From Lingula anatina (Eukaryota > Animalia > Brachiopoda), in NCBI GenBank assembly GCA_051362555.1, contig CM120648.1, positions 7,374,587-7,438,586 of the forward strand: a stretch of 64,000 bases of DNA, read 5' to 3'. Positions 21,831-35,664 of the stretch are shown here, piece after piece. How positions within the stretch are numbered: position 1 is the first letter of the stretch; each line of letters opens with the position of its first letter. The notes under the pieces were generated by a model, which made no database searches, had not been told where the DNA came from, and worked only from the letters and a program-made list of their open reading frames with translations. Both the position numbers and the translations under genes were made by a program.

Positions 21831-24800
21831 TAGAAAACAGCATCACTAATCCTTTTCAGGGAGAGACAGAGGGTAAAGAGGGAATAAAATCTCATCCGTG
21901 GCATGGGTGGATTTTTACTTACAAGAGTTTGTACGAGAAAAGATCTATATAACTGATTTTTTCTGTGACTAGCTTAAATTTTAATTCACATATGGGTTTT
22001 TTTTTTTTTTTTGGGGGGGGGGGGGGTTATACTTCACCTTTTTCTTAATTTCACAAAAAAATAATTTTCTCATTACCGCCCCCCAAGAAAAATATGGCCA
22101 ATCATCAATTTGTTCAACCTTCTAACATTATGATATCTTGCAATCTGAAAAAAAGGACATTCCACTTTCAGTCCTTGAAGATGTTATTTTTCTGCAGCTT
22201 CCACCTCTCCAAAGGCCCTCATCAACAGAATAGTTACTTTTTTAATTCAGATAAAAGCAAATAATTAAGACATTCATCTAAAAATAAACTCATACTCAGC
22301 TTATGATTGTCTTTTTATTAAAAACATGTATAATAATTCACTGCTTTATTCTAGTTTTATCACTTAAAAATGAAATTTTTTGAAATCTGTATCTATCACT
22401 TTTTTTACAGATATCATATTTGATTATGAAAATATTTTTTTTTCATTGTTAAAGATCGCTTCATCAATTTATCTGTTTGTATAAAGCTCCATCAATTTAG
22501 TTTTGGAAGATATTTTCTAATTTTTGCTGCTATTTTGACTTTTGAAAAAATCTGTTGAATAAATGGGAGTTATTCGATTTTGCCTTTTCAAAACTATCTC
22601 AACCTCATTTATTCCTTACTTGAAGTTTAAAGTAGAAAAAGTATTTTACTTCTTTCATCTGCATGTTAAAAAATAACTGTGCTGTCAGAACTTGTAACTT
22701 TCGATTTTGTCACAGTAATTTTCACATTGTTTGAGCTTATCTTTCTGGATAATTGTCTTTGTACAGTTTACTCACTTTTCCTATATCAACTCAACACACA
22801 ATAACAACAGACACACATTGTTCAAAAACACCTGATTTGGTTCAACAGTACAGTAAGTGTGACAGAAGGGGAGGTGGATATTACTTATTCAGTTGTCATT
22901 TCTGCCTTATAAAACACAATTGCATTCTTTTAATTTCAATACAATACCTCTTTCACGATAATTGCACCTCTAACCCCTCCCTCCCTGATTCTTGCTCCAC
23001 CTTGGTTGAATGGGAAGATGGTCTCATTCAACTGTCAAGTCTCATTAAAATAATCACTGACTAAAGCCCTTAAGTCACCTGTATTGACAGTACAGGTTTG
23101 GGGTGAAAGCACCCCCCTCCCCTAATTAAATTAGATGACTGCCTTGATGGTCATTATGATGTCACACCAATACAGGAGGTAGCAGTGAGTGTTTATACTG
23201 GGGCTAAGATTCCAAATTCTATGTAACAATTACAGTGATTGGATGGAATTCCAAGTATCAATACTTGGGACTGGATGGAAAATCCAATCAATTAAGGTGT
23301 CAAAAGTTCTTAATTCTTGGTGAAAATTGTTGATTCAGAGAATCCCTCCCAATTATATGCATGATTAGATTTCCAGCAAAGGTTAATTCAAAATCCAACA
23401 ATTAATTCCAAATACGCAATATCTCAAATCTCTCCTTATTTAACACGTTAATCCTGCTCTTAAAGCCTGGATCTGATGACTTTTAAGGTAAAGAAAGAGG
23501 AAAATTCTACCTTACTTTAACCATGAACCTTTCACTGCAGAAATGATTGGACTGTTAATAAAATAAAGGATCTGAATTTCGTGAGTGATTGGCTTGTAGA
23601 CATAATATCATTATCTGTGAATGCACTGTGATAGAATTTAGGTGAAAAACTCACCCCCCTTCCTCCACCTGTTCCACTTTTACTACTGTTATTTATTTAT
23701 AATGAATCAATTTCGAAATTAATTATTGCTAATCCATTCAAAATACAGAGAAGGAATAACAATTATGAGTCTAAAAATCAGGTGCTCACAGTTATATTTA
23801 GAGTATTTCATTAACAGGTGCTTAGTTCTTCCAGGATAAGTCTATACCAAGAAGTATTTACTGTCTTATTTCAAAACCAGTTCATTTACCAGAGAACGAT
23901 TCTGTGGTTCATCAAGGGCAAATTTTTCTTAAATATTTCTGACATATTTTTTCTGTCATGACAATGTCTGAATTTTAACAAAATCAAAATTATCAGTTCA
24001 TCACTGTGATTGAAGATTAACTTTTTTCTGCTTGTAAATACATCAGTTTGCAAAAATGTAAGCACAATGCTCAACAAGTATCATGTTTATTTTCGGGTTA
24101 GGCTAACTGTTATTCATATTTTTTATCTGACTTGTATTAGCTCAACTGAAAAGTGTCAGCTGCCAGAGTCAATCAAATAACAGAAAATTTTCTATTTCAT
24201 TAGTTCATCTTTTTATTTCTGCATTGAGTATAGAAAATAGCCGTTCCCCAATTTCTATATTTCCATTTGCAATGTCCAATTTCCACTTGTTTTACCTTTC
24301 AGCGTGATGAATTTACCATCCATGGCATCATCCCCAAAGCAACCACTTCCAGGTCCATAAAAAAGTGAAAATGTTGCAAAATTGCCTGACTTTATTCAAA
24401 GCCTTCACCACATAACATATATATAACATAATTTACTTAAAAGATCTGTTTATTTTCATAAAAATAATTAATCTGGGATAATTGGTTTAAAGAGGAAACA
24501 CTGAATTGCACTGTCATATAAAAATATATCAGTTGGCATATTTAATAGTTTTTACATTATTTTTTGATGACCACTCTATTAAATGACAAACTTCATAAGA
24601 TATTTTGGTTCATTCAATCAGTCTTTTTTTTCCATCCACCATTATCATTTAAGTATCAGTTGTCTTGTTGGCAGTCTAAATACCAGTAAAAAGAGAAAAA
24701 AACAATGCCTCTTATTCACAAGTATTTTCTCCTCATTTAAATCTAATCTCTCAAACTTGTACACACAAAGACAAAGCTACTCTCTTCATTTCCTATCCAA

Positions 24801-27800
24801 CTGATAATGGACGCAGAAAAAAATGAGCTCTTTCCTATCACAAGAGCTGAATTCTAAAATGAAAGTGTCAAACACAAGAAAGGTATAAGCAACTACTGTA
24901 AACCATAAACAATTGCAGTCATTTCTGCCCTTCCTTGAAAACCAATCACGGAAATATATTTTATAAAAAATAATCTCTTTCTGATATGCAATATTTGATA
25001 ATTTAATATTCATACTTATAATTGTTGAAATGTTGCAATCTATGCAGATAATCAAAAATCAGAAAATTTCAAGAAACACAAACAAAAATTCAGATGATAC
25101 AGTTATTGTACTCTTTATGGAAAAGGACAGTGAACAATGGAGGTATGTCATTATCGGTGATCGTATGTGATTTGAAAGGGAAACACAGGATACAGTGTCT
25201 ACGAACATGAATCTTTCATTAGGGTTATCATTCATGATCGCGAGACAGATTTTACATGAGAAAATGGGAAATCACAATAACTTCTGATATAGTTGGTTAA
25301 TGTTGGCTTTTTAACTCTTGCAAAATTATCTGTATATATTCAGCCAAATCAAACTGTAAAAGTTTGTGGATGAGAGGATCATCAAAATGATGTTTTTTAA
25401 AATAAAATGCTTTTATCTTAGACTTAAATGATGAAATATTTACCTTTAAAATGTGAACCAATGGACTTTTTATGCTTTATTTTGAAAACAGATTACAAAT
25501 TCATCTGACGAGAAAAAATTTACTAGGTCACAAGTGATTTAGAGACCCCTTTCCTTTTATGGAAAATGATATAAAATAAACCAACGAAAAAAATGTGTTA
25601 ACATCTCATTTCACCAATAAAATCTCATTTAAATGACCTCATATTTTGAAAAATCAGCACGTAGCAAAAATAATGCTACTTTCAACATTTTCCAGACGAT
25701 TTGAAATCATGCCAAACACAAATACGTTCCGTAACACTACAGTGACATAAAGGGGAGAAGTAACATCACATCACATTTTACAACCTCTTTACAAAAATTC
25801 CATTAAAATTGCCTCACACATTGGGAGAAAATTGACAACAGAGTCAACCTTTGGCCCTACAAAGAGCTACGACAGAGATTAATGCGAAAAATCATGCGAT
25901 CAAAGGCATCCTAAGAGTGGATAGATAACTCCCTGCGGGATTATATTTCTTGAGATAGACTGTCTCTGATGGTACAGGTGCTTTGTAATGAAAAGCTAGG
26001 CTCCTATCTCAAGGTGGTGGAACACAATACTAGAAAACTCCTGACAGGTCTTCCTTATAAAACAGGCTATCCTTTTACAGGGCCTCACTTTGCAGTATCA
26101 AAACTCGTTACCATTTATATCTAATGTGCAATTATGCATATTCATGTTCAAATCCCTTGTTCTACTTTACCCAAGGCCCACAGTGTAGTTTCAATGTGAC
26201 ATTGGGACTTGAAATAAAAGATAAAATCAACGACCAGTTTCTCATCAAACTTGTGAGGTGACTTGTTAGATAAAAAAGAGAAAAAGAAGAAGAAAAAAAA
26301 TGGGGGATTAGAGTGAAAAGAACAAGCCAGTACCATCCGTCCCATCTGACTTCCTTTGTGAAACATGATGCACGCCTACAAATCAATCTCCTGATTTCAT
26401 CTGGTTCGTACCATCTAAAAACATCACGGAAATTGTGGACAAAAAATGGGGCAGATTTTGAGATTCTGTCCATAATGGGATATGCCTTTTCTTTATTTTT
26501 TAGTTTGATATCAAATCCCAGATGACGAGTTTCTTTCTAATGTCTGACATTTTCTTATCAGTTTTCAATTTCGTTTGCCTGTGACAGCATTTGTTGCACC
26601 AAATTATCTGAAATATCATGAATATGACTCTGGTATTAAAAACTCTAAAATTTGGTTTAAAAAAAAGTATGCGATAATCACTCTATCATTTCTAAAACAT
26701 GAACTAGTTGAAAGCGATATCTGTTTACTAGTAATTGTCAAAGATCCCCCTTTCAATATCAACAACGGTCACAATTTATTACAACACATTATACATCAGA
26801 ACCCATCCTAGCCTAAGGTCCTCCAAATCTTCCCAAGCATCATATCAGTACTCCAATATCAATTGCCAGTCATTTAGACCATGTCACAATCACTCAGGTC
26901 CGTTGGACGGTCATTCTTGGGCTACTTGACGTCCATCATTGGTCATTACTGTGGGCAACCTCCCTGTAATTGGTCACTGTGATGCAACAATTGTCTGTGG
27001 ACACCCCATCTGTCACCATACACAGAGTGAGGAGTAATTTTCTTCTCCCTGTTTTTGTACGCAGACGATTACATGGATTGTCCCATTGTTCTGTCACTAT
27101 TTGTCTCTGTGAGAAAGCAGTTTCTCTTAACCTGTAAACAGTTATCTTGGATTTTTGATCCATCTTTTTTTATTTATTTTTTAATACATTTTGAATCCTA
27201 TGAACAGTTTGATCTAAATCTCATTCAGACTCCTTCACATCTACAGTTGTCATAAATCCTTGCAACAGAATGTCATTCCAAAAAGTAGGGATCTTAAAAT
27301 CATGAACTTTATCAAAATATTATTTTTTTTTATTTCAAAGACATTCGAAAAAAATTTTTAAACATTTTTAAAAACATTTTTATGGTCCTGTTATAGTATG
27401 TTATGTGAAATGATTTAAAATGGAGATGGAGCAGTAAGTTGGTTAAAGCTGGGATATAACATATGCATCCTTGCTTAAAGCCAGCGTCAAAATTGAACTA
27501 ATGACAGTCGAAGCAAAGGACTGTAACAAAAATTGAACGTGGAGATCAATCATTATCTAAAGGAAACAGGTCGCTAGGACAATGCTACCCTGTTGAGTTC
27601 CCTTCCTGTCAGATACTGCCCCTCTATCCAACACGCCACACCTAAATGGCTAAATTTTCCCAACTTACATAAATACTTATTGTCTTCGTTTAGGCTGTGG
27701 GCTGACAAGCGATTTGTCTCTAATTAAGAATCCTAGTGTCAAGAAGCTTTCTACCTACACATTCAAAATTGGCTGTAATCGTCTTTGTTACATAATGGTT

Positions 27801-28709
27801 TTGTCTTGGGGATTATCCCCCTATGACAATCAATTCATCACAATGACGTTTGGAACTTCCTTCCAATTTCCTGGATAAATCATCCAATGAAAGACGTAAA
27901 ACTGCCCTAATGATGGTCAGATATAATCGGACATTTAAACCATCACTTTTCAACCAATGAAAGAAAGAAAACTTGATAAATAATGCTCAAAGACAATCCG
28001 TCATTCAACTGGTCAGTTTTCAGTGGGAGCAGTGAGCCGACCCTTATTGTCTCTGTTTGAAGTAAGCAATTTGTCAAGTTAAAGCAGTGGTCTTTTGTTG
28101 ACCAGTGGTCAGTGTGAATACAGTGTTGGTCAGCAGACAGTTTTATACAGAACAGTGATCAATTTTTTTTATACCGAACAGATGTCATAACTTATCATGC
28201 AAGTTCCACATGCACTTGGAGCCTCAGACCAAATTTATCATCAGAGTTTCTCTACTGTAACTAACCACCTAAAAGTTTGCAACCCTCCCTAAACTGTTCC
28301 TTATTTTCTCCTAGCCTGTTACATTCTTCTCATAATGGTGAAGTCATTTCACCTAATTATTCTGAAATCTGTCTCGTAGGAGTACAGTTGGCTATACCCC
28401 ACCCAGTCCCCGAACAATGAAGTGACATCAACGCGTGATCATCCGAGGTGTATTAGATGCTGACAGCGTGACAAAGGACAAAAGAGTCTGTCAGCGTTAA
28501 TGCATAATGTACTATATGCAGTGGGAGGCACTCCCTGGGAAGGTGAGGGGGAAAGAGTCACAGAAGAAGATGGAAGTATTATGAGGATGGAATGCTCTGA
28601 TAATGATATAATGATTCTGTCATGGAATAATTCTCCAATTAAAATTGTTAAATATTTCAAAAATTTCTCTTTCCTTCTGAAATATTCATTTGTTAATTGA
28701 TCATCCTGA

Positions 28710-28713
<4 letters not shown>

Positions 28714-28748
<35 letters not shown>
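28714..28748. repeat. (CT)n microsatellite
   Basis: Directly visible. Confidence 0.95.
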
Positions 28749-28751
<3 letters not shown>

Positions 28752-29817
28752 TTCCACTCTCTCTTTCTCTATCTTTTTTTCTGATGAAAACAGAAACCAC
28801 CCACAAAAGATGCTAAAACATACACTTTTCAAACTCCAATAAAATCCTACACTCATCAAAACCCCAAGTCATCAAATCATCATGAGACATCAAACAACTA
28901 CACCTTTTAATTAACTGGACTTGATAATTGAAAACCACTTGGATTGCAGAACTGAATGCTGGACTCCACTGGTTGAGGTAAATGACCATGTAAAAGGAAA
29001 TAGGTCGTAAATTTTGGGACCTTCTTTGAAACTGACCACAGGATCCCGCAGGGACCAGGAGTGGGATAAAGATATTCTTGACCTCAAGTATCTGCTGTGA
29101 TTAGTCTTCTTTCTATCTTTATCAGTATCAACATGCTTTCAGAAAAAAATTCTCTAAATTAATATCTTTCTAAGTCTGCGAAGTTCTGATCAATGATCCA
29201 GGTTTGTAGAAATTTTTTTTACCCTACTTTTACCCTTGGAAAAAACAGCAGTTACATATGCTGCAAAAACAATTTACAAGTGTTTTTTATCATCGCGTGG
29301 GATAAAAATCAAAACGAACTGCAAAATTAGTGTATTTTTCCAAGAATGAAGAATCCCTGGAATTTTGAAGACGTGAATCAAGTGATAATGTGATTTTATC
29401 TTGGCAACACAAAGAAACCATCTTGATTAGTCTACCTCCAGGATGATTTCTAACAGTCTCCAATCATTACCACATTCTTCAATTATCACATTCAGGTTCA
29501 TTAAAATCCCATCTGCTTGTTTTGAAGCAATCAAAAAATACCCTTCTCAGAAATACTTTTTTCTATGTATTTTCCATGCCATGTGATTACCTTCATCATC
29601 GAACATTTTTCAAAAACAAAATCTGTATCAAGCATTGCTATTTATGCATATATGTATGTTTGTAGTGCTTGTTTAGACAAAATCATTGGAAATGGGAACT
29701 GTGATATATCACCTCCCTGGTATACTGGTTAATATTCATATTCCCAGAAAATAAAATAATAATGCTTTTAGAATCAACAAAATGTTAAAAATAACTTCAT
29801 TTGTGGTATGTGTGTGT

Positions 29818-29852
<35 letters not shown>

Positions 29853-32205
29853 GTTCCTAACTGTCTGGATGCATCTAAGGAGGGACGAGCAAAACAGACA
29901 AAATTTACTCAATGAACTAATTATGAGAGTACCCAACTTCAAGGGTATCTGGTGTCTTGTCAGTGCTTTAATCTACCTCTTCGCTCAAAGGGAGGAATAC
30001 CGAATAGCTTTGTGTTAGCTTTGTTTTACAGGATGTATTCAAAATTCACTGTCATGTTCAATCACAGACTGAGAGATAAAACAAGTGCTGGTTCTTCACG
30101 GGTCAGTTGGCCTGAATTAAACTGTGATGTCCCTTCTAAAGGGATGGTTTGTCTGGTGTTTTTTGTGTGTGTGTTGGACTAATTTTCTTCTACATTTCAA
30201 GGAAGAATAAAGCTGGATATGAGAAAAAAATTAAGCCCCACCCACACAGTAATGAATTATCTTTTAAACAGCAACCGAACTCAGTGTTTCATATTTTCAT
30301 GATATCTTCATTTTCAGTGACTCAATTTGAATGTGCCCTTTTGAACGTACTATTTCACCCAAACCCAATATTATCATCAGTGTTTAACATTTTTTAAATA
30401 ATCTTTCTTCAGATTCTGTCCGGAAATACATATGACAATTTGTACAAATTCAGTAAGTTTCTGAACTCAACTTCAAATCAGCTGATGGCACATCAGTGCC
30501 TTTAAGACTTGTACCTTGGGTAGCTAAATTTCTTAAACCAGCAGTGCATATAATATTTGCAAGGTTTTAAAAAAATCTGAAGGAAGTATTGTTCACTTGT
30601 GTGGGAGTTATCTTCGGAAATATGTTCCTGTAACATTAATTTCTTTAAAGATAACAGTATAAGTGTGGGTGTTTTTTCTACTAAAGATTCAGCATTATGC
30701 CTTGAGGGTTGCAAATATGATATCATTCCAGATGTGCAGATCTTTTGTTCATCATTTTATTAATGGAAGAAAAACACCTGAGAATCCCAAAGAATCTTAC
30801 ATCATATCATATTAAGTTTGTGTGTTAGCGTGTGTGTGTGTGCATGCTTATGTATGTATGTAAGCATGCAATAAAACATTCAAAAACTTGATTAAATAAG
30901 TTTATTATAGATGTAAAAAAGTTTCATTGAAAAGAATCTGTACTTTATTACAAAATGAACATACCTCAGCTAAAACCTAAGAGACTCCCCCCCCCCCCCC
31001 CCCCTCCCATAAATGATTTCTTTTTGATTAGTCAAAGAAGATTTTGCTGGTTTTTGATAACAATATTAAGGTTGAGCAATGGAAGTCATTTTGGGACATC
31101 CATCCAATAAAATATTCAATTCTAAAAATATAGCCTTGAATAATTTTACAGTGTCTGTGACAGATTTTTTTCCTTGAACTAAATCATTATCAGTTGGTCT
31201 TTCTATAACTTCTGGTGATATATAACAATTTTCCCAGCAAAACGAAATACTTTTTTTAAAAATAAAATTAAGAGACGAGTCAAAAGTTTCCTAAAAACTT
31301 CTGTGCTAATTGAATGTTATGCCGTTGGAGACCATGAAGTTGAGTGAGTCACTGTGGGATTCTATTTGATCATGTTCCCACACTCATAGACCATGTTTTG
31401 TAAATAACAACACCCTTAATCCTCTGCTAGAAAAATTAGTATACAAATGGGCCCGTATGTCCAAACTTAATGCTGCTGATTTTTTTAAAGGAATACCTGT
31501 TGTTTAAGGAGGGTAGTTTCATGTGCTATTAACTCATCAGTGTATGCTGACGGCAAGTGTTTCATAGTTCTTATCAATGCATAAATTTTATACTCTCTCT
31601 TGCTCTGATTCACTGGTCCCCGATTCACACTATCGCAGCAGCTGTGCAATTGATGTATTTAAGTCAGAAGTCACGTTTGATGCTGAACAAACACCATTCA
31701 ATCCAATAAATGGTATTAGATAAAGTACTAGAATACAGTTGTACAAACAAAGATGTTCAGTACAAAGTGCAGTATCATCTTAGGCAAATGTTTCCTAGAT
31801 ATTTTAGGGTTGTCTTTGACTACCTTCTTTCTTCATCTCTACAGTTTTTCCCTATTCACCATTATAAATAAGTTTCTTGTTTCCATTTGAGATTTTATTT
31901 TAAACAATGGGGTGAATATTCTAATCCAGTTCATAACAAAATCATAATGCATACAAATTTTTCATATATTCATTTACAGAAGTTAGTACATATTCTATAT
32001 CTTTCCTATCTATACTTAGTATAACCTATGAGTGCTCAGTCTGCCTCTTAAAAAAATATATATTTTTTAATTTTCAAGATATGAAAGCCAACAAAATATG
32101 ATTTTAAAAGCATGTACCTGGCTCAGCTCCCAGGTTTGTTTTCTTTCTTTTTTTTCAAATTTAAACCAACAGATTTTCTCTTCAGACGTGAAATGATCTA
32201 CTCAC

Positions 32206-32340
32206 CTGGTCGTCTGCTTGCACGGCCATGAGATTCTGTTCTTGCCTCGAGAGGGCGCTGCGGACGTACTTCATCCAATTCCCTGTTCCTGGGTCACTAG
32301 CGTCTACCCAACCTTGGACCTTACCAAACTTATCAACTAT
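32206..32340 (-). CDS. PRDM16: PRDM3/16 (MECOM/PRDM16/hamlet) PR/SET-domain exon
   Basis: IVDKFGKVQGWVDASDPGTGNWMKYVRSALSRQEQNLMAVQADDQ aligns with MECOM ILDEFYNVKFCIDASQPDVGSWLKYIRFAGCYDQHNLVACQINDQ; ctctctttacag acceptor, CAG|GTGAGT donor, 135 nt. Confidence 0.95.
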
Positions 32341-33470
32341 CTGTAAAGAGAGAAAAGATAAAGGAACATTTATTTTGGATTTCTCTGTTGTTTATAGTTT
32401 TGATTTTCATCTTTAAACGACTTATAAAAGAAATCTCTATGAACTTGTCAGCTGTCAGAAGAAATCTGACAGAAATAGAATTATGAAATCAAGTTTTATG
32501 TTTTACATTGTTAAGTGTTGTCTTTTAGAATACTGTTACCAAAATCCAGATTACATGTAAGACACCCCATGCAGGCCAATACATTTTTGTTTAATTCCCC
32601 TTTGTTTTATTTTGTAAACTTTACAATAACAACTAATAATGTTATGCATAGTCTTAAGCATTACAATAACAATAACATAACTGGAATTATCAAAATAGAT
32701 CACATTTCGGTTGAATATTTTTGCAACTGTTTTCTCTGCAGGAACGCTACCTAATATTGCTTCTGTTCAACCTAAACTTAACTGTCCTAAGATGAAAGGA
32801 AACACCACAGAATTTATAAAATCTCTGTACTGGGTAGAATAATGGAGAGATGAAACACTAAAAAATGATTTATCAGAATGCTATAAGAAACTGGACACAT
32901 TAAACATTTGAGTGATTAAAACAATCAAAAAAAAAATTAATACTACATCTGGAATATTTGAAATTTTCATTTTTTTTTTTTTTCGAAAATTCAAACCACT
33001 GTCTGCGTTTGATAGGAAGTGTGTGGGAAAATGAAACTGCGTGTGAGCAGACACGACAACAAATAGATAAGACATGTACTGAGATATAAAACCTTCATCC
33101 CATTCTATCATTACATCAATCAACTGATACATGTACACAAAGAAAAACTGCAACCGATTTGTTGGGTTTTTTTCTCCTTAAGTTTAACATTTCATCCACC
33201 CTTTTCACTGCAGTATCCCAGCTTTTTAAATGCTTTTGAACATCATTAAAAAACAAAGTCAGTTAGAAAAGTAATTATCAATTAAAACTAAAGCAGTAGA
33301 CACTATTCATCTATTATCTTCTCTTCTGTAATTATCACTGATGGGAAATGAAGCAGATCTGTGTATTAGCCCCCCACGTTTTATATCAAAAGTTTCTCCC
33401 TTTAAGGCCCAAGGGGCACTACATACTACAATATACTACCAATGGCACTACAACTAATATGTACCCTTAC

Positions 33471-33660
33471 CTGGGGTAGTGCAAGCAATTTTTTTTTTTT
33501 TTTTTTTTTTTTTGCTTAGCCAAATCACCATTTTTTTGTCAATTTGTTATCAAAATGGTTATAATTTGACTAAAACAAGTCAAATCAATCCCTTTTTCTT
33601 AAGCCAATTTAAGTAAGTTTTAGCATTTGGCTAAATTGGCGAGTGTTAGCACTACCCCAG
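33471..33660. mobile_element. 190-bp MITE with 12-bp TIR and 5-bp TSD
   Basis: TIR CTGGGGTAGTGC / GCACTACCCCAG, inner ttagccaaat / atttggctaa, flanked by CTTAC at 33466-33470 and 33661-33665. Confidence 0.8.
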
Positions 33661-35401
33661 CTTACACTTTCCAAGAACTCACAAAACCATTCTATAATCA
33701 ATCTAGCCAATGATCAAGTCAGCTAATTAAGAGCATAGGATCCCTTCTGTAATGAGACCTAAGCCTTCATAATTATGCCCAGAGCAATCTGGTGATTTAA
33801 ATTAGGCAGAATTTGGTCTAATGCCAAAATCTGAAGAAAAAAAAACTTTTGCAGAGCTAAAATGAAGTATATAGAATTCTTTGTATCATCTTTTAGATCA
33901 GTTTTCAAAATTGAGGCTAAAACATGTATCTGTCTTCAATGCTGAACGCGCCTGCATTGAGGCAAGTCCAGAAGTTGATACACTGTTCAAATATGATTTA
34001 ATAACCAATATTATAGCATCAATGATTGTAGCGAGGGGAGAATTGAGGTGATTCATCACAAAAATCATGTCATTCTTATCTGTAGATGTCAAAGCGAGTT
34101 GACTTTAGCTCATAAGGTTGACACAAATGAGAAGTCACGTATGGAAACCAAGTCCTGGTTCTACCATCTGAATATTAATCACGTCAAATTGAAATAAATC
34201 TTAATCGATATATAAACCAAGCTGTGACTACTTATGTTGGTTGTACTTACTACTTTTGTGGCAAAGATATAAGCATATCATAGTCACTATTTAGTTGTCA
34301 TGGTCAAATAGATGTCTTATTTCTCCATTTCCTTCTAGTTTGTGTAAGAGCTACTCTCTTCATAATGTCACCCCAATTATTTGTAGCTCATATAATTGAA
34401 CCTACGATGATCTTTTAAAAGTGATTAACTTATCTTTGTGATTGTGTTTCAAAGATAGACTTTGGGCATTGCTCTCATAATCAAGTTTTTTTTTTTTTTT
34501 TTTTTATGGAATTGGCTGAGTGGAAGATGGGCAGACAGAGAGTGGAGGATGATCAACACCACTAGATGATTAAGATCTCTTAGAACATTATCTATCATGA
34601 GAAACTGGGACGGAAATGCCTCCACAGAAACAACCATTATCAAAACAAGCTAATGTTGTTGAAAAAACGACACCAGCTATTTACCATAAAAAACTATACT
34701 GTTTAATAACTGACATGAAAGCGTTACAGCCTAATGTGTAAAATGTGTTATTAATGCAATTAATGAAAAGGGTCTTACGCTGACACTGACAAGGAATTAC
34801 ATTTACGATTTCCACATGTCAGTGCAACATGGGGGTGCAAGCCATACGCTCCTGAAAAAAAATCATCTCTTAAAGGAATTTTCTTCCTCTTCTGTTTAAA
34901 ACTTCTGGTTTCTGATTACACATACAATTAACATTAACAAAGTTGACAGAAGAGGCTGCTCACACAATGTGTGGAAACATGAACCATGTTTGCAGAAATA
35001 TACCAGTTTTTAGATGTAACAGAAACTATGGCAATGATAACATTTACTGATGCACAAAAAGCAATATTTTATTCCATTGGAATAACACTGTCAAATAGAC
35101 ATTTAAACAAGCCTTGGCTACATTCACTGCTTTCAACTGAAACAAAATTACAGGTTTTATACTGTTTCTTAATCCTTTTAACTTCTTTATCAATGCCATA
35201 ACTAAGAAACTAAACTGCCTGAGTGTTTAAATGATAGAGAAGAAAAAAAAACAACATCCTTTAAAAGAAAACTTCCAATAACCTCTGCTGCCCATCTTCC
35301 AATTTAAATACACACATTGTAAATCAGCATGTAATGCATTCCAAGACTGAAAAGCATGCATTTTAAGTGTCAACAAAAAATTACCAAAAGAACATCTTTA
35401 C

Positions 35402-35664
35402 CTCACAAAATGATAGCAGCGCCAGAAACCACCGTCTGAGTCGGAAAGATTCTCCGCCAGTTTCTGCCTACTGTCCTTCTTAACTTAACAGGTGTCTGTG
35501 CAGCTTCACTAACATGTAGCGACTACCTGCCCAACTTGACTTGAGTGGAAGCATATGTTTGGTGGTTGGTCTGATTGGCTGATATTAGATTACCCACAGA
35601 TTTCACCACCAGAGTGCAGTGCAGTCACTAAAGAGTGGCTGACAGCACAGATGCACTTTTATAA
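35402..35664 (-). promoter_or_regulatory. Candidate internal promoter and non-coding first exon of PRDM3/16
   Basis: TATAAAAG (35663-35656), Inr-like CCACTCT/TTAGT at 35636/35629, NF-Y AGCCAATCAG (35571-35580), GC-richer body, donor GAG|GTAAAG at 35401. Confidence 0.45.
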
